DNA from: Clostridia bacterium
GTDB lineage: Bacteria; Bacillota; Clostridia; TANB77; CAG-508
Length of the DNA stretch: 64,000 nucleotides
Assembly (NCBI GenBank): GCA_022796855.1
Contig: JAAWJM010000006.1
Coordinates: 4,781-68,780 of the forward strand
Direction: 5' to 3'
Shown here: positions 31,891-42,483 of the stretch, one piece after another
How the letters are laid out: each line of letters opens with the position of its first letter
Position numbering within the stretch: position 1 is the stretch's first letter
The notes under the pieces: model-generated
What the model was told of the DNA's origin: nothing
Databases searched by the model: none
What the model saw: only the letters and a program-made list of their open reading frames with translations
Translations under genes and position numbers: made by a program

Positions 31891-32301
31891 TTACATCTGC
31901 AAATCACTTTTTACAATACTTGCTAAAACACCATTAATAAACGAAGCACTATTATCTTCTGCGTACTTTTTCGCAAGCTCAATTGCCTCATTAATTGCTA
32001 CTTTATATGGTATTTTCTTATACAACAACTCATAAATCGCAAGCTTCAAAATAGAAATATTTACTTTCGATAATCTTTCAATGTCCCATTCTGCCTTCAA
32101 ATGTTCCGAAATCTTTTCGCAAATCGCCTTTTCATTTTGTTTCACACCATTCCAAGAATTCCTCACATATTTTTGTATTTTGGGATCCTCTATGTCATTG
32201 TTTGCAAAATATAGTTCTATTTGTTCTTCTTCATTTCCTTGTTGTATTTCCATACTATATAATAATTTAAAAGCTTCTTCCCTCGAATTTGCTCGGTTCA
32301 T
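31891..32301 (-). CDS. nusB: Transcription antitermination factor NusB
   Basis: Contains [32 protein letters not shown]. Confidence 0.85.
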   Translation of the reverse strand: MNRANSREEAFKLLYSMEIQQGNEEEQIELYFANNDIEDPKIQKYVRNSWNGVKQNEKAICEKISEHLKAEWDIERLSKVNISILKLAIYELLYKKIPYKVAINEAIELAKKYAEDNSASFINGVLASIVKSDLQM

Positions 32302-32348
32302 ATTATGTTATCCCCTTATCCTTTCTTTTTGCCATTAACAAAACACTT

Positions 32349-32552
32349 TTACATCCTATCGATTAAATCTTTTAGTTTTTCCTTTACTTCATATTTGTTT
32401 CTTTGTACATAATTTCCAATAAACATTCCTATTATAATTAAAATAATTCCTACAATTAGTTCATAAAGGTGTGTTAATAAAATCACTAATGCCACAATGG
32501 CACCAATAATAGCACCTGCATATTCACTTACAAACTTCTTAAATCCATCCAT
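32349..32552 (-). CDS. Small integral membrane protein (DUF2273-like)
   Basis: 67 aa with two transmembrane segments. It sits in the asp23-amaP cluster. Confidence 0.55.
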   Translation of the reverse strand: MDGFKKFVSEYAGAIIGAIVALVILLTHLYELIVGIILIIIGMFIGNYVQRNKYEVKEKLKDLIDRM

Positions 32553-32566
32553 ATTGTTCTCCTTTC

Positions 32567-33127
32567 TTACCCTTCTACTACTTCTTTAGGAGCAACGTTT
32601 TTTACTTTAATATTTACCTCTTGCACGTCCACATCAATCGATTGTTTAATAACCCCTTTAATCTTTTGTTGCAACTCGTTTGATAAATCCTTAATAATAG
32701 CATCTTGTGTAACAAATAACGTAACATCAATATTGATGTGATTATCACTTGTTAAAACAACTCTTGAGGTAACATCTTGTGTGTTTTGGAATCCTTTTAC
32801 TACCCCACTTACAATGTTTTGAATGGTATCTCTTGAAATAAGTAACTTTCCATTTTCGTTTTGAATTAAAATGCCATTATCCATACTTTTATCCTTGTCC
32901 CTATTTGATTCTGTTGAAAAAAAGATTCCTTTTACTGCAAATAGAATAAGGACTACTAATATTCCTAACGTAATATTACAAGCAGTTTGGTCGTTTAGTA
33001 AGTCTTTCATATAAATGGTAACAACATCTAAATGTATCCATCCAAATATCATGAAACATAATAATACTGATACAATTAAAATAATACTTGAAAATAAAAC
33101 CAATGCTATTTTATCTAATACTTTCAT
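32567..33127 (-). CDS. amaP: Alkaline-shock response membrane anchor protein AmaP-like
   Basis: Has N-terminal transmembrane helices and lies directly downstream of the asp23-family gene. Confidence 0.6.
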   Translation of the reverse strand: MKVLDKIALVLFSSIILIVSVLLCFMIFGWIHLDVVTIYMKDLLNDQTACNITLGILVVLILFAVKGIFFSTESNRDKDKSMDNGILIQNENGKLLISRDTIQNIVSGVVKGFQNTQDVTSRVVLTSDNHINIDVTLFVTQDAIIKDLSNELQQKIKGVIKQSIDVDVQEVNIKVKNVAPKEVVEG

Positions 33128-33222
33128 TTTTTTCCTCCCAAATTTTTACGTTTCGTTCTACATTCATTTTGCACATAAGCCTTTCCATGTTTACTAGTTT
33201 TGACTTTTCTTAGTATTTTTTA

Positions 33223-33247
33223 GTCGACACGAGGCCGACCTCTAACA
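33223..33247 (-). repeat. Degenerate REP-like hairpin
   Basis: Minus strand reads TGTTAGAGGTCGGCCTCGTGTCGAC. It starts 3 nt after the asp23 stop and resembles the copy at 20111..20134. Confidence 0.4.
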
Positions 33248-33249
33248 TT

Positions 33250-33666
33250 TTATTCCTCTTTTGGTTCTTCTGTTTCTACTGGTTTGTTATCTGTACTAAC
33301 ACCTTGTACATGTACATTTACTTCTAATACGGTTAAACCTGTCATTGTTTCAACTGCTTTTTTTACACGGTTTTGAATTTCAAAAGCAACATCTGGAATT
33401 CTTGTACCATATTCTACAATAATGTTTACATCAATTTTGGTTTCTTTTTCTCCAACTTCTACTTTAATTCCTTTTGATAAATTCTTTTTACCACTTAAAA
33501 CTTCAGTAATTCCTCCTGCAAATCCTCCTGCCATTCCTGCTACTCCTGGTACTTCTGAAACTGCTACACCAGAAATAACGGCAACAACATCATCCGATAT
33601 TTTTATCCCATTGTTATCCCCTGTTTCTACTGAAACCTCTTTTACTTCATTTTCTTCGTTTTCCAT
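33250..33666 (-). CDS. Asp23/Gls24-family envelope stress protein
   Basis: Contains ISDDVVAVISGVAVSEVPGVAGM..RVKKAVETMTGLTVLEVNVHVQGV. Confidence 0.85.
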   Translation of the reverse strand: MENEENEVKEVSVETGDNNGIKISDDVVAVISGVAVSEVPGVAGMAGGFAGGITEVLSGKKNLSKGIKVEVGEKETKIDVNIIVEYGTRIPDVAFEIQNRVKKAVETMTGLTVLEVNVHVQGVSTDNKPVETEEPKEE

Positions 33667-33840
33667 AATTATTTCCTCCTTAAAATTTAAATATTTATCT
33701 TGTAAGAAGTTCTTATCCCTTTTTTGATAAAAATTCCTACCATAAAAAATTGATATACTTTGGTTGCCACCTTAGTATATCAATTTTTACGAAAATTTAC
33801 AATATTTTAAGAAGATTTTTCAAAATTTCCTCTTCCTAAT

Positions 33841-34719
33841 TTATTTTAATTGGTTCATTACTTCTTCAGCAAAATTTTCTTCTTTTTTCTCAATTCCTTC
33901 TCCTTTTTCAAATCTAGCAAATCTTACAATTTTTGCTCCTTTCGATTCTAAAAGTTTTGAGATTTTCATATCCGGATCTTTTACAAAGTCTTGTTCAACT
34001 AAACAGATTTCTCCATAAAATTTTCCAATTCTTCCTTGTACCATTTTTTCTGCAATTTCTGCTGGTTTTCCTTCATTCATTGCTTGCACTTTTAAGATTT
34101 CCATTTCTTTTGCTACACGTTCTTCTGGAACAGAAGCTCTATCTAAGTATTCTGGTTTTGCTGCTGCAATTTGCATGCAAATGTCTTTTGCAAGTTCTGT
34201 CGTACCATTTTCTAATTCTACTAATACACCAATTTTTCCATCGCCATGGATGTATTTTTCTACTAATCCTGCGGATTCAAATCGTTCAAAACGACGAATG
34301 GTTAATTTTTCTCCAATGGTTGCAATTTTTCCAGTTAATACTTCTTCTACTGTTTTTGTTTCATCTTTTATAAATTTTTGTGCTAATAATTCTTCTACAC
34401 TTATTGGTGCTTTTTTTGCAATTTGTTCTGATATATCACTTGCAAAACTTCTAAATTCTTCATTTTTACCAACAAAGTCTGTTTCCGAATTAATTTCTAC
34501 AACACTTCCAATTTTTGCGTCCCCTGTTACATATGCCGTAACAATTCCTTCTGCTGCAATACGGTCTGATTTTTTAGCAGCTTTTGCAATTCCTCTTTCT
34601 CTTAATAATTCAATGGCTTTTTCCATATCTCCATCGGTTTCTGTTAACACTTTTTTGCAGTCCATCATTCCTGCACCTGTTTTTTCTCTTAAATCTTTTA
34701 CCATAGTAGCACTAATCAT
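33841..34719 (-). CDS. tsf: Elongation factor Ts
   Basis: Contains [25 protein letters not shown] and lies downstream of rpsB. Confidence 0.95.
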   Translation of the reverse strand: MISATMVKDLREKTGAGMMDCKKVLTETDGDMEKAIELLRERGIAKAAKKSDRIAAEGIVTAYVTGDAKIGSVVEINSETDFVGKNEEFRSFASDISEQIAKKAPISVEELLAQKFIKDETKTVEEVLTGKIATIGEKLTIRRFERFESAGLVEKYIHGDGKIGVLVELENGTTELAKDICMQIAAAKPEYLDRASVPEERVAKEMEILKVQAMNEGKPAEIAEKMVQGRIGKFYGEICLVEQDFVKDPDMKISKLLESKGAKIVRFARFEKGEGIEKKEENFAEEVMNQLK

Positions 34720-34755
34720 GATTTTTTCCTCCTTTTTATCTTGTTTCCGTTTTAT

Positions 34756-34781
34756 GGGCCGATGTGAATATCGCCCCTACA
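34756..34781 (-). repeat. REP-like GC-rich hairpin with 5' GTAG
   Basis: Minus strand reads TGTAGGGGCGATATTCACATCGGCCC, in the rpsB-tsf spacer. Confidence 0.55.
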
Positions 34782-34785
34782 TATA

Positions 34786-34812
34786 GTGGGCACGGCCTCT
34801 TCCCGTGCCCAC
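34786..34812 (-). terminator. GC-rich hairpin just after the rpsB stop
   Basis: GTGGGCACGG-CCTCTTC-CCGTGCCCAC forms a 10-bp perfect stem. No clear U-tract follows, so it may attenuate or stabilise rather than terminate. Confidence 0.45.
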
Positions 34813-34819
34813 ACAAATA

Positions 34820-35611
34820 TTATTCTTCTACGGTTTGAGTGGTTTCTTCTGCCTCAGCAACCACTTCTTCCATACTTGTTGGTTCTTCATTTTCTACTAC
34901 TTCTTCGGTTGCAATTGGCTCAAAAGCTTCCCCTTGTTTTCCTTCAATAACAGCATTTGCCATTACCGTTGTAATTAATTTTACAGCACGAATTGCATCA
35001 TCATTTCCAGGAATTACATAATCAACATCTTCTGGATTACAGTTGGTATCGATTAATCCTACTACTGGAATATTTAATTTTCTTGCTTCTAATATGGCAA
35101 TTCTTTCTTTTTTAGGGTCTACTACAAAGATAACTCCTGGAAGTTGATTCATTTCTTTAATTCCACCTAAGTTTCTTTCTAGTTTTTCCATTTCTTTTTT
35201 TAACAAAATAACTTCTTTTTTAGGTAATACCTCAAAAGTTCCATCTTCTGCCATTGTTTCTAAATCTTTTAATCTTTGAATTCTTTTTTGAATGGTATCA
35301 AAGTTGGTAAGCATTCCACCTAACCATCTTTGGTCAATATAGTACATACCACAAGCTAAAGCTGCTTCTTTTACACATTCTTGTGCTTGTTTTTTTGTAC
35401 CAACAAAAAGAATTTCCTTTCCTTCTTCAGATGCTTCCTTTACAAATTGGTAAGCTTCATCAATTTTCTTTGATGTCTTTTGTAAGTCAATAATATGGAT
35501 TCCGTTTCTAGCTTGGAAAATATATTCTGCCATTCTAGGATCCCATCTTCTTGTTTGGTGTCCAAAATGTACACCTGCTTCTAGTAATTGTTTCATTGCA
35601 ACTACTGCCAT
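34820..35611 (-). CDS. rpsB: 30S ribosomal protein S2
   Basis: Contains [22 protein letters not shown]. Confidence 0.95.
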   Translation of the reverse strand: MAVVAMKQLLEAGVHFGHQTRRWDPRMAEYIFQARNGIHIIDLQKTSKKIDEAYQFVKEASEEGKEILFVGTKKQAQECVKEAALACGMYYIDQRWLGGMLTNFDTIQKRIQRLKDLETMAEDGTFEVLPKKEVILLKKEMEKLERNLGGIKEMNQLPGVIFVVDPKKERIAILEARKLNIPVVGLIDTNCNPEDVDYVIPGNDDAIRAVKLITTVMANAVIEGKQGEAFEPIATEEVVENEEPTSMEEVVAEAEETTQTVEE

Positions 35612-35774
35612 TTTTTATTCCTCCTTTAGTTTTTACATCCATAAAGTATCTTCATTTGCACACACACCTTATTGTAAGGCACTAAAAGCAAACTCCCTTT
35701 ATGTGTATATTTTTAACTTTAGTATTATATCAAAAAAGTATTGCTATTGCAATACTTTTTCAGGACTTTTTTAA

Positions 35775-37463
35775 TTATTTTAATTTTTCTTGTACTAAAT
35801 TCCAAATATCCTCATTTTCTCGGTCTTTTTCCCAAAAGGCACTTCCTGCTAGTTCATATTGATTGATTAAATCAATTTTTGCACGGATAGAATCCGTATC
35901 TTCTATCCACATTTGGTATTTGTCACTTCCTTTTGTGTATTCTACATAATATTGTTTTGTAAGTTCATCCCAATTTTTAGATACATCTGTTGGTAAGCTT
36001 TGTTCTACCTTATTCATGTTCACTACTGAACTGCTTACTTTTCCGTTTTTATCTGTTTTCCATAGTCTGGTATATAATGGCATTCCTAAAATAATTTTTT
36101 CTTTTGGTACATCTTCTTGTCCTAAGAATTTTTTAATATTAGCTTCTACCCAATCACATCCTGCAACAGTTCCTACTCCTGTGCTTGTTCCATGTTGATC
36201 ATATGCCATAAACATCATGTAATCTGAGGCTTTTGCTAAAGCATCCCTATCAAAGCATAAGGACCAATTTTCACTTCCATCTGGTGCTGTTACATCAACA
36301 GAAGTTACTATTCCATACTCTCTTAAGCGTGGAGCAAGTTCTATAATAAACCTAGAATACACATCTTTGTCTTCCATATTCATAAATTCAAAATCCACAT
36401 TAATACCATCTACTTTATATTTTATTGCAAGTTGTACAATTTTCTCAATCATTTCCGTTCTTAAGTTATAATCATTTAATATTTCTGATGTTTTTGCTTT
36501 CATTGAATTATTAGAAAACATTGGCCACACTTTGTAACCTTTTTCTTTGGCCCATGCAATATAGGCTTCTCCGCCCCTCGTGGTATTATCGTTGATAACT
36601 ACTCCTTCGGCATTTTTTAACGAAAAGAAGGATGGGCTTACCACATTAATGCCTGGTATGGTTTCGTTTCTAACAGGTGCCTCTACATATTCTGAATAAT
36701 AATCCCATACTAGATTGACTTTTCCTGCAATTTGTGGCTTTGTTTCTAATTTTTCTCTTACTGTTGTTTTGTTTGCTAGTTTATCCGATTTGATATAACC
36801 AATCTTTCCATTTTGGGTTCGAATACGACTATATCCATCTTTTTCCGAAATAACGACTACTTTAGAACCTTGTTCTAGTTTATCCACGGTTCTAGCAATC
36901 AATTTGGTGGTTGCTTTTACTGTCACTTTTTTAGAGGTATCTGCTTTTATTAATTCTCTATCTAAAGAATCTAATGTAATAACTTTATTATCAATATTCT
37001 CTATTTCAAGATTATATATTTTCGCCATTTCTGAAATTGGTAAATAAAATACGCCATCTTTTCTTATTGCTCCATCTACTAGTTTTACTTCTGAACCATT
37101 TACTATCATTTTCTTTTCTGTTAATGAAAGAACTGCTACTTTTGTATCTGAAGTCGTAATCATTTGATTATTCGCTTTATCATAATAAATCTGTCCATCA
37201 AAATAGTTTTCAATATCTTCCATAGACACATAGACAACATCACTTTCATTAATCCATATATTATGTTTTAATTTTCCTGTTACATTATTGTTATTAATAA
37301 TAAAATTGATTTTTCCTTCATTGGGATCCTTTTTAAAATTTGGCGAAATGATTAAAACAATACAAGCAACCAATAATAAGGCACCAACAACAATAATTTT
37401 CTTCCATATATCCTTTTTTTCTTTCTTAACTTTGGCTCTTTTTCCTTCTTTACCGTTTTCCAT
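35775..37463 (-). CDS. GH18-family glycosyl hydrolase (chitinase/spore peptidoglycan hydrolase-like) with an N-terminal transmembrane anchor and SH3-like region
   Basis: Contains GINVDFEFM, which fits the GH18 DxxDxDxE catalytic region, plus YMMFMAYDQHG. Confidence 0.7.
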   Translation of the reverse strand: MENGKEGKRAKVKKEKKDIWKKIIVVGALLLVACIVLIISPNFKKDPNEGKINFIINNNNVTGKLKHNIWINESDVVYVSMEDIENYFDGQIYYDKANNQMITTSDTKVAVLSLTEKKMIVNGSEVKLVDGAIRKDGVFYLPISEMAKIYNLEIENIDNKVITLDSLDRELIKADTSKKVTVKATTKLIARTVDKLEQGSKVVVISEKDGYSRIRTQNGKIGYIKSDKLANKTTVREKLETKPQIAGKVNLVWDYYSEYVEAPVRNETIPGINVVSPSFFSLKNAEGVVINDNTTRGGEAYIAWAKEKGYKVWPMFSNNSMKAKTSEILNDYNLRTEMIEKIVQLAIKYKVDGINVDFEFMNMEDKDVYSRFIIELAPRLREYGIVTSVDVTAPDGSENWSLCFDRDALAKASDYMMFMAYDQHGTSTGVGTVAGCDWVEANIKKFLGQEDVPKEKIILGMPLYTRLWKTDKNGKVSSSVVNMNKVEQSLPTDVSKNWDELTKQYYVEYTKGSDKYQMWIEDTDSIRAKIDLINQYELAGSAFWEKDRENEDIWNLVQEKLK

Positions 37464-37663
37464 TAAAATTCTCCTTTTTCTTTTTTAGTATGCTACTACT
37501 ATATCATAAAATACATTTTTCGCAAATAATTTTAAAAGAATTTTAAGAAAATTTATCTTTTTTTCTTAAGTACAATTTGTTTAAAATCCTATAAAACTAT
37601 TTCTTTTTTCTATATTATATAGTATAATAGTACTGTAGTTTTAAAAAAGTGAGGTCGATTTTT

Positions 37664-38098
37664 ATGTGGCAAGTATGGTTAATTATTTCTGGAATTTGTT
37701 TTATTTTAGAAATTATCACAATTGGTTTTTTAGTATTTTGGTTTGCCATTGGTGCTCTCATTACCGCTCTTGTTAGTTTATTTACCAATAATATTATCAT
37801 TCAAACCACTGTATTTGTCCTTAGTTCTACTGCCTTACTATTTTTTACCAAACCATTTGTGAAAAAATTTTCAAAAGAGGATAAGGTTCAAACCAATGCT
37901 TATTCTGTTATTGGAAAAAAAGGAATTGTAACAAAAGAAATTGATGAAAAAACAGGAATAGGTTTAGTCTCTATTGGTAGTGAAGTTTGGACTGCAAAGG
38001 CTTCTTCTTCCATTTCAAAGGATAGTGAAGTCATCATAAAAGAAATTGATGGTGTAAAAGTAATTGTCGAACCAATTATGGAGCCTGTTTTAAAATAG
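37664..38098 (+). CDS. NfeD-family membrane protein
   Basis: Has transmembrane helices and a C-terminal OB-like domain (GKKGIVTKEID..GLVSIGSEVWTAKA). It lies directly upstream of the SPFH gene. Confidence 0.75.
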   Translation: MWQVWLIISGICFILEIITIGFLVFWFAIGALITALVSLFTNNIIIQTTVFVLSSTALLFFTKPFVKKFSKEDKVQTNAYSVIGKKGIVTKEIDEKTGIGLVSIGSEVWTAKASSSISKDSEVIIKEIDGVKVIVEPIMEPVLK

Positions 38099-38138
38099 TT
38101 TTTGATATTTTATATATATTTTTTAAGGAGGATTTATT

Positions 38139-39047
38139 ATGGCATTTTTAATTATATTATTAGTCATTATTGTGATTATTGCATTTAAATCAATTAAAAT
38201 TGTTAAACAAGCCGAGGTGTACATTATTGAAAGACTTGGTAAATACCACAAAATTGCAGATGCTGGTCTTACCATTATTGTTCCATTTATTGACCATGTT
38301 CGTAGTGTTGTAAGTTTAAAACAACAAACCATGGATATTCCACCTCAAGGCGTTATTACCAAAGATAATGTTACCATTACAATCGATACTGTTGTATTCT
38401 ATAAAATAACAGACCCTGCAAAAGCAGTGTATGAAATTCAAAGTTTGAAAAAAGGTATTGAATATTTAGCCATTACTACCATTCGTGATATTGTTGGTAA
38501 AATGGACTTAGATGCTACCTTTAGTTCAAGAGACGCGATTAACGACCAATTACGTGTTATCTTAGATGAAGCAACTGACCAATGGGGATGTAAAGTTGAC
38601 CGTGTAGAAATTAAAGATATTACCCCACCTGCTGATATTCGTGATGCAATGGAAAAACAAATGAATGCAGAGCGTAATAAAAGAGCTTTAATTTTACAAG
38701 CAGAAGGTGAAAGACAATCTGCTATTACCATCGCTGAAGGACAAAAAGAAGCTGCTATTTTACAAGCTGAAGCTGACCGTGAAGCTAAAATAAGACGTGC
38801 AGCCGGTGAAGCAGACGCCATTAAAAAAGTAGCAGAAGCAAAAGCAAAAGAAGTAGAAATGATTTATGCTGCAATGAAAAAAGCAGAACCAGATGATAAA
38901 TTAGTACAGCTAAAATCGTTAGAAGCTTTAGAAGAAGTTGCTAAAGGTGATGCCAATAAAGTGTTTATCCCATTTGAAGCAACCTCTGCTCTTAGTTCCT
39001 TAGGAGCCATTAAAGAAATGTTTAAGGATGATAAAACAAAAAAATAA
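38139..39047 (+). CDS. SPFH/band-7 (stomatin-like) protein
   Basis: Contains IKIVKQAEVYIIERLGKYHK..DIPPQGVITKDNVTITIDTVVFYKI. Confidence 0.85.
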   Translation: MAFLIILLVIIVIIAFKSIKIVKQAEVYIIERLGKYHKIADAGLTIIVPFIDHVRSVVSLKQQTMDIPPQGVITKDNVTITIDTVVFYKITDPAKAVYEIQSLKKGIEYLAITTIRDIVGKMDLDATFSSRDAINDQLRVILDEATDQWGCKVDRVEIKDITPPADIRDAMEKQMNAERNKRALILQAEGERQSAITIAEGQKEAAILQAEADREAKIRRAAGEADAIKKVAEAKAKEVEMIYAAMKKAEPDDKLVQLKSLEALEEVAKGDANKVFIPFEATSALSSLGAIKEMFKDDKTKK

Positions 39048-39098
39048 TTTTACTTATTTGATTGTTAAACAAGGGTTGCATAAATGCAACCCTTTGTT

Positions 39099-39653
39099 TT
39101 ATATATCCATTTGACTACTTAAAAATCCTGCTGCTGATTGAACGACTTTTAATTCCGTATCTCCCATTTTTGTGTTATTATCTTTTGATAATAAAATCAC
39201 ACTCCCAATCACATCTCCTTGTGAAATAATTGGGTATACAACTTGAGAATTATATTTTCTGGTTGTATTATCGTTTTTCGTAATAGGCAGTGCTACTTCG
39301 TTGTTTTCTTTACTGGTATATACTTCCTTATCTTCTAATAATTGCTCTAATTCTTGGCTTAGATCTTGTTCTAAGAATTCTTTTTTAGAACCACCAGAAA
39401 CAGCAATAACGGTATCTTTATCTGTAATACATGCAATATGTCCTGTGGTTTTTGCTAGGGTTTCTGCATATCCTGTTGCAAATTCTGATAACTCTCCAAT
39501 CGGTGAATATTTCTTTAAGATAATTTCTCCTTCTTTATCGGTAAATATCTCTAGAGGGTCTCCCTCTTTAATTCTCAATGTTTTTCTTATCTCTTTAGGA
39601 ATAACAATTCTTCCTAAATCATCAATACGTCTTACGACACCTGTTGCTTTCAA
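39099..39653 (-). CDS. spoVT: Stage V sporulation protein T (AbrB-family regulator)
   Basis: Contains MKATGVVRRIDDLGRIVIPKEIRKTLRIKEGDPLEIF followed by a GAF-like C-terminus. Confidence 0.88.
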   Translation of the reverse strand: MKATGVVRRIDDLGRIVIPKEIRKTLRIKEGDPLEIFTDKEGEIILKKYSPIGELSEFATGYAETLAKTTGHIACITDKDTVIAVSGGSKKEFLEQDLSQELEQLLEDKEVYTSKENNEVALPITKNDNTTRKYNSQVVYPIISQGDVIGSVILLSKDNNTKMGDTELKVVQSAAGFLSSQMDI

Positions 39654-39739
39654 AATTTTCCCTCCTTTTTGTTTTTTGATTTATCTTAGTATTTAACCAA
39701 GGGAAAATTTTATACATAATTTTTACAATTTTCCTAAAT

Positions 39740-41749
39740 TTATGATAATTGTACCTTTGGAACTCCAGTTTGTAAATCGTCTCTTTTTCCACCTAAAATT
39801 GGTACTTTGTATTGGTCTAAAATGTATTCTAAGTCTTTTGAGAATTCTCGTAACATAACGATTTTGATGGTGGCATCTTTGTTTTTGGTATAGTCATCAA
39901 TCAATTGTTTAAGTTGTTTGATGTTTTTCATTTCTGGCTCGATTTCTGCTTGGTATAGTTTCACGCGATTTACTAATTTTTCTTTAATGGTCATAATGTC
40001 TTCATTGCTAGCACAAGAAATTCTTTGGAACATTTGAAATACATCATAGTACTTAAAAATTGGTATGTTCATACATTCATCGTCAAATCGTTCATAAAAT
40101 AAATCCATTCGCATTGGAATACATTTAAAGATTTCTTCTGCTTTTTCAATGTACATTTTATCTTTTAACTGAATGTTTAATTGATTAAAGTATTTTAATA
40201 CTTCTTCAATATCGGAATTGACTTCCCCTATGGTTACTCCTGCTAACTCTTCTTCTACATTCTCACAGTATTCTGAATTTAGAGAAGCTACGTTCATTCC
40301 ATTAAAGAAAATGCTTTTTACGGTTCTCATATCATAATGAATCAGACCTTTTTTTATGAAGTAGCTAAAATAAGCAAATAATTTCATCACATCAATTAAA
40401 CTGATTTTTCCTTCTCTTACATCTTCTAATACTTCATCAATCACATGGTCAAATTGGTCATCACTAATTTTCCAGTATTCTTCGGTTAATAATCGTTTAT
40501 ATCCTGGTAGTTTATCGGTATCTACTGTATTAATAATAACCTCCATATTATCTTTAAATACTTTCATATCGAAAATTCTTGTACGTACGTAAATTTCAAT
40601 AAATTTAATAAAACGATACTCGGATTTAAAATTGTAATAATAGTTATTATCAAATTCTTTTATATAAAATTGACGGTTATCGGTTAATAGTACTCTTGAG
40701 GAGACTAAAATGGATTTATATTCTTCATTGTCTTTAATGTTTACAAATTTATCTTTTGTAATTTTACCTGCTTTTATTTCAAAAGATACCGCTATTGTAA
40801 AGATTAACATGGTTTGTAATACAATGTTATTGGTATTTGGGTAATATTTATTTACCATATCAAATATCTTTTTAAAGTCATTTAAGGCGTGTTTTAAGAT
40901 TCTTAGGTTTCTGGTTCCACTTTTATTGAAGGTAGAAATAATTAATCCTGTATTTTCTCGTAAGAAACGAATTAAATCTTCATTATTTTCATAACGCATT
41001 AGCAAACCATTAATAATGTAGGTAAATTCTGGAGCGTATTCAAAGGTTTCTCCAATTAGCTTTTCTTTTATTCTTTCATAATCATTGGCTTTATCGAATA
41101 CATATTCAATTTTGTCTTGAATTTTTTCTACCATCGGTTTATCGCTTACTTTGTCTAGGTCACCTTCTTTGTCTAATAAATAAGTGGCAATAAACGTTTT
41201 CATTTCTAAGTTACTGCTTTTTAGCTTAGTGGATAGTTCTTTTTCATTACAAATAATAATGGTTTTAATATGGTCGTGTTCAACAAAGTTGTTAATATAA
41301 CCTAGAATATCGATAACATCTACATTAGCTCTTTCTAAGTCATCAAAACATAGTACTTTATCATCTGTGGAAAAGAATTCGCCATAATCAATATGGTCTC
41401 CATTTTGAGTAACACCAAAAAAGTTTGCCATATCTAAACCAGTTTTGGCATATTCTGGAATGGTAGTTTGTTCATTAGCATCCATGTATCGTTTTAAGTT
41501 CTTATCCATTAACTGCGTCGTTTCGATAAATATCTTTTTACTAATTTCCTCCAAATTTGAAATTCCATATAAAGACATATAAATGGTCGTATATTTTTTC
41601 CCATTTAATTGCATGGATTCTATTTTATTTTTAATTTTATGGTTCCAAAAATACGTTTTTCCGCTTCCCCATTCACCATTAATCATAATGGCATAATCGG
41701 TATAATCGTTTCTTACATAATCTAAAATACTTTCTACTAAATCTTCCAT
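39740..41749 (-). CDS. KAP-family P-loop NTPase
   Basis: Contains the Walker A motif INGEWGSGKTYFWN and FDDLERA (Walker B-like). Length is 669 aa. It is wedged between spoVT and comFC. Confidence 0.7.
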   Translation of the reverse strand: MEDLVESILDYVRNDYTDYAIMINGEWGSGKTYFWNHKIKNKIESMQLNGKKYTTIYMSLYGISNLEEISKKIFIETTQLMDKNLKRYMDANEQTTIPEYAKTGLDMANFFGVTQNGDHIDYGEFFSTDDKVLCFDDLERANVDVIDILGYINNFVEHDHIKTIIICNEKELSTKLKSSNLEMKTFIATYLLDKEGDLDKVSDKPMVEKIQDKIEYVFDKANDYERIKEKLIGETFEYAPEFTYIINGLLMRYENNEDLIRFLRENTGLIISTFNKSGTRNLRILKHALNDFKKIFDMVNKYYPNTNNIVLQTMLIFTIAVSFEIKAGKITKDKFVNIKDNEEYKSILVSSRVLLTDNRQFYIKEFDNNYYYNFKSEYRFIKFIEIYVRTRIFDMKVFKDNMEVIINTVDTDKLPGYKRLLTEEYWKISDDQFDHVIDEVLEDVREGKISLIDVMKLFAYFSYFIKKGLIHYDMRTVKSIFFNGMNVASLNSEYCENVEEELAGVTIGEVNSDIEEVLKYFNQLNIQLKDKMYIEKAEEIFKCIPMRMDLFYERFDDECMNIPIFKYYDVFQMFQRISCASNEDIMTIKEKLVNRVKLYQAEIEPEMKNIKQLKQLIDDYTKNKDATIKIVMLREFSKDLEYILDQYKVPILGGKRDDLQTGVPKVQLS

Positions 41750-41817
41750 GTTCCACCTCTTTATTTATTCTAGCTTTATCGCCATTTTTGTAAGTAGCAA
41801 AGTCCCTAATAAACCAT

Positions 41818-42462
41818 TTAGTCTTTGGCAAGTGTTAAAACACCAATTTCTTTTGCTCCTGCTCGTTTTAGTTGTTTACTACATTCATTTACAGTTGCTC
41901 CTGTTGTATAAATATCATCCAATAATACGATTTTCTTATTTTGTACTTTTTTTTCGTTTTTTATGTAATATGCCCCTTGTATATTCATTTCTCTTTTTTC
42001 TTTGTCTAATAAACTTTGTGGTGATGTGTCTTTTATTTTGTATAACACATCTTTTTGGTACTCTACTAGTGGTAACTGTTTTGCAAGATATTTGGCTATG
42101 ATTTCACTTTGATTATAGCCTCTTTGTTTTTTTCTTTTTTTACTTATGGGGACTGGGATGATTATATCATAACTTTTTAAAAATCTACATATTTTTTCAT
42201 CATTTGCTATAATTTTTGCAAAACTATGATAAATATAGGTTTTTTCTTGGAATTTGTATTGTAAGATTTTTTCTCGTATGATGTCTTGGTAGTCAAATAG
42301 ATACATATGGGTATCATAATATTTCGTTAAATAGATGTGCTTTTTTACTCTCTTATATGGTTTTATTTTGACTTTACAATGATTACATATGTCTTCTTTG
42401 GAAATTTCTCCACATATCCCGCAAACCTGTGGGTAGATGAGGTTAATGAATTTGTTTTGCAT
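41818..42462 (-). CDS. comFC: ComF-family protein (ComFC, phosphoribosyltransferase fold)
   Basis: Has N-terminal CxxC..CxxC and a C-terminal PRTase motif IVLLDDIYTTGAT. Confidence 0.8.
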   Translation of the reverse strand: MQNKFINLIYPQVCGICGEISKEDICNHCKVKIKPYKRVKKHIYLTKYYDTHMYLFDYQDIIREKILQYKFQEKTYIYHSFAKIIANDEKICRFLKSYDIIIPVPISKKRKKQRGYNQSEIIAKYLAKQLPLVEYQKDVLYKIKDTSPQSLLDKEKREMNIQGAYYIKNEKKVQNKKIVLLDDIYTTGATVNECSKQLKRAGAKEIGVLTLAKD

Positions 42463-42483
42463 TAATTTTCTCCTTTCATAACC

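Noticed and set aside
33933-34786. Plus-strand ORFs 33933..34373 and 34175..34786, and similar long antisense ORFs inside clpC, addA, the recombinase gene and the YhgE-like gene.
   Set aside because: They are antisense shadows of well-supported minus-strand genes in AT-rich DNA. Their products are low-complexity and lack RBS or motif support.
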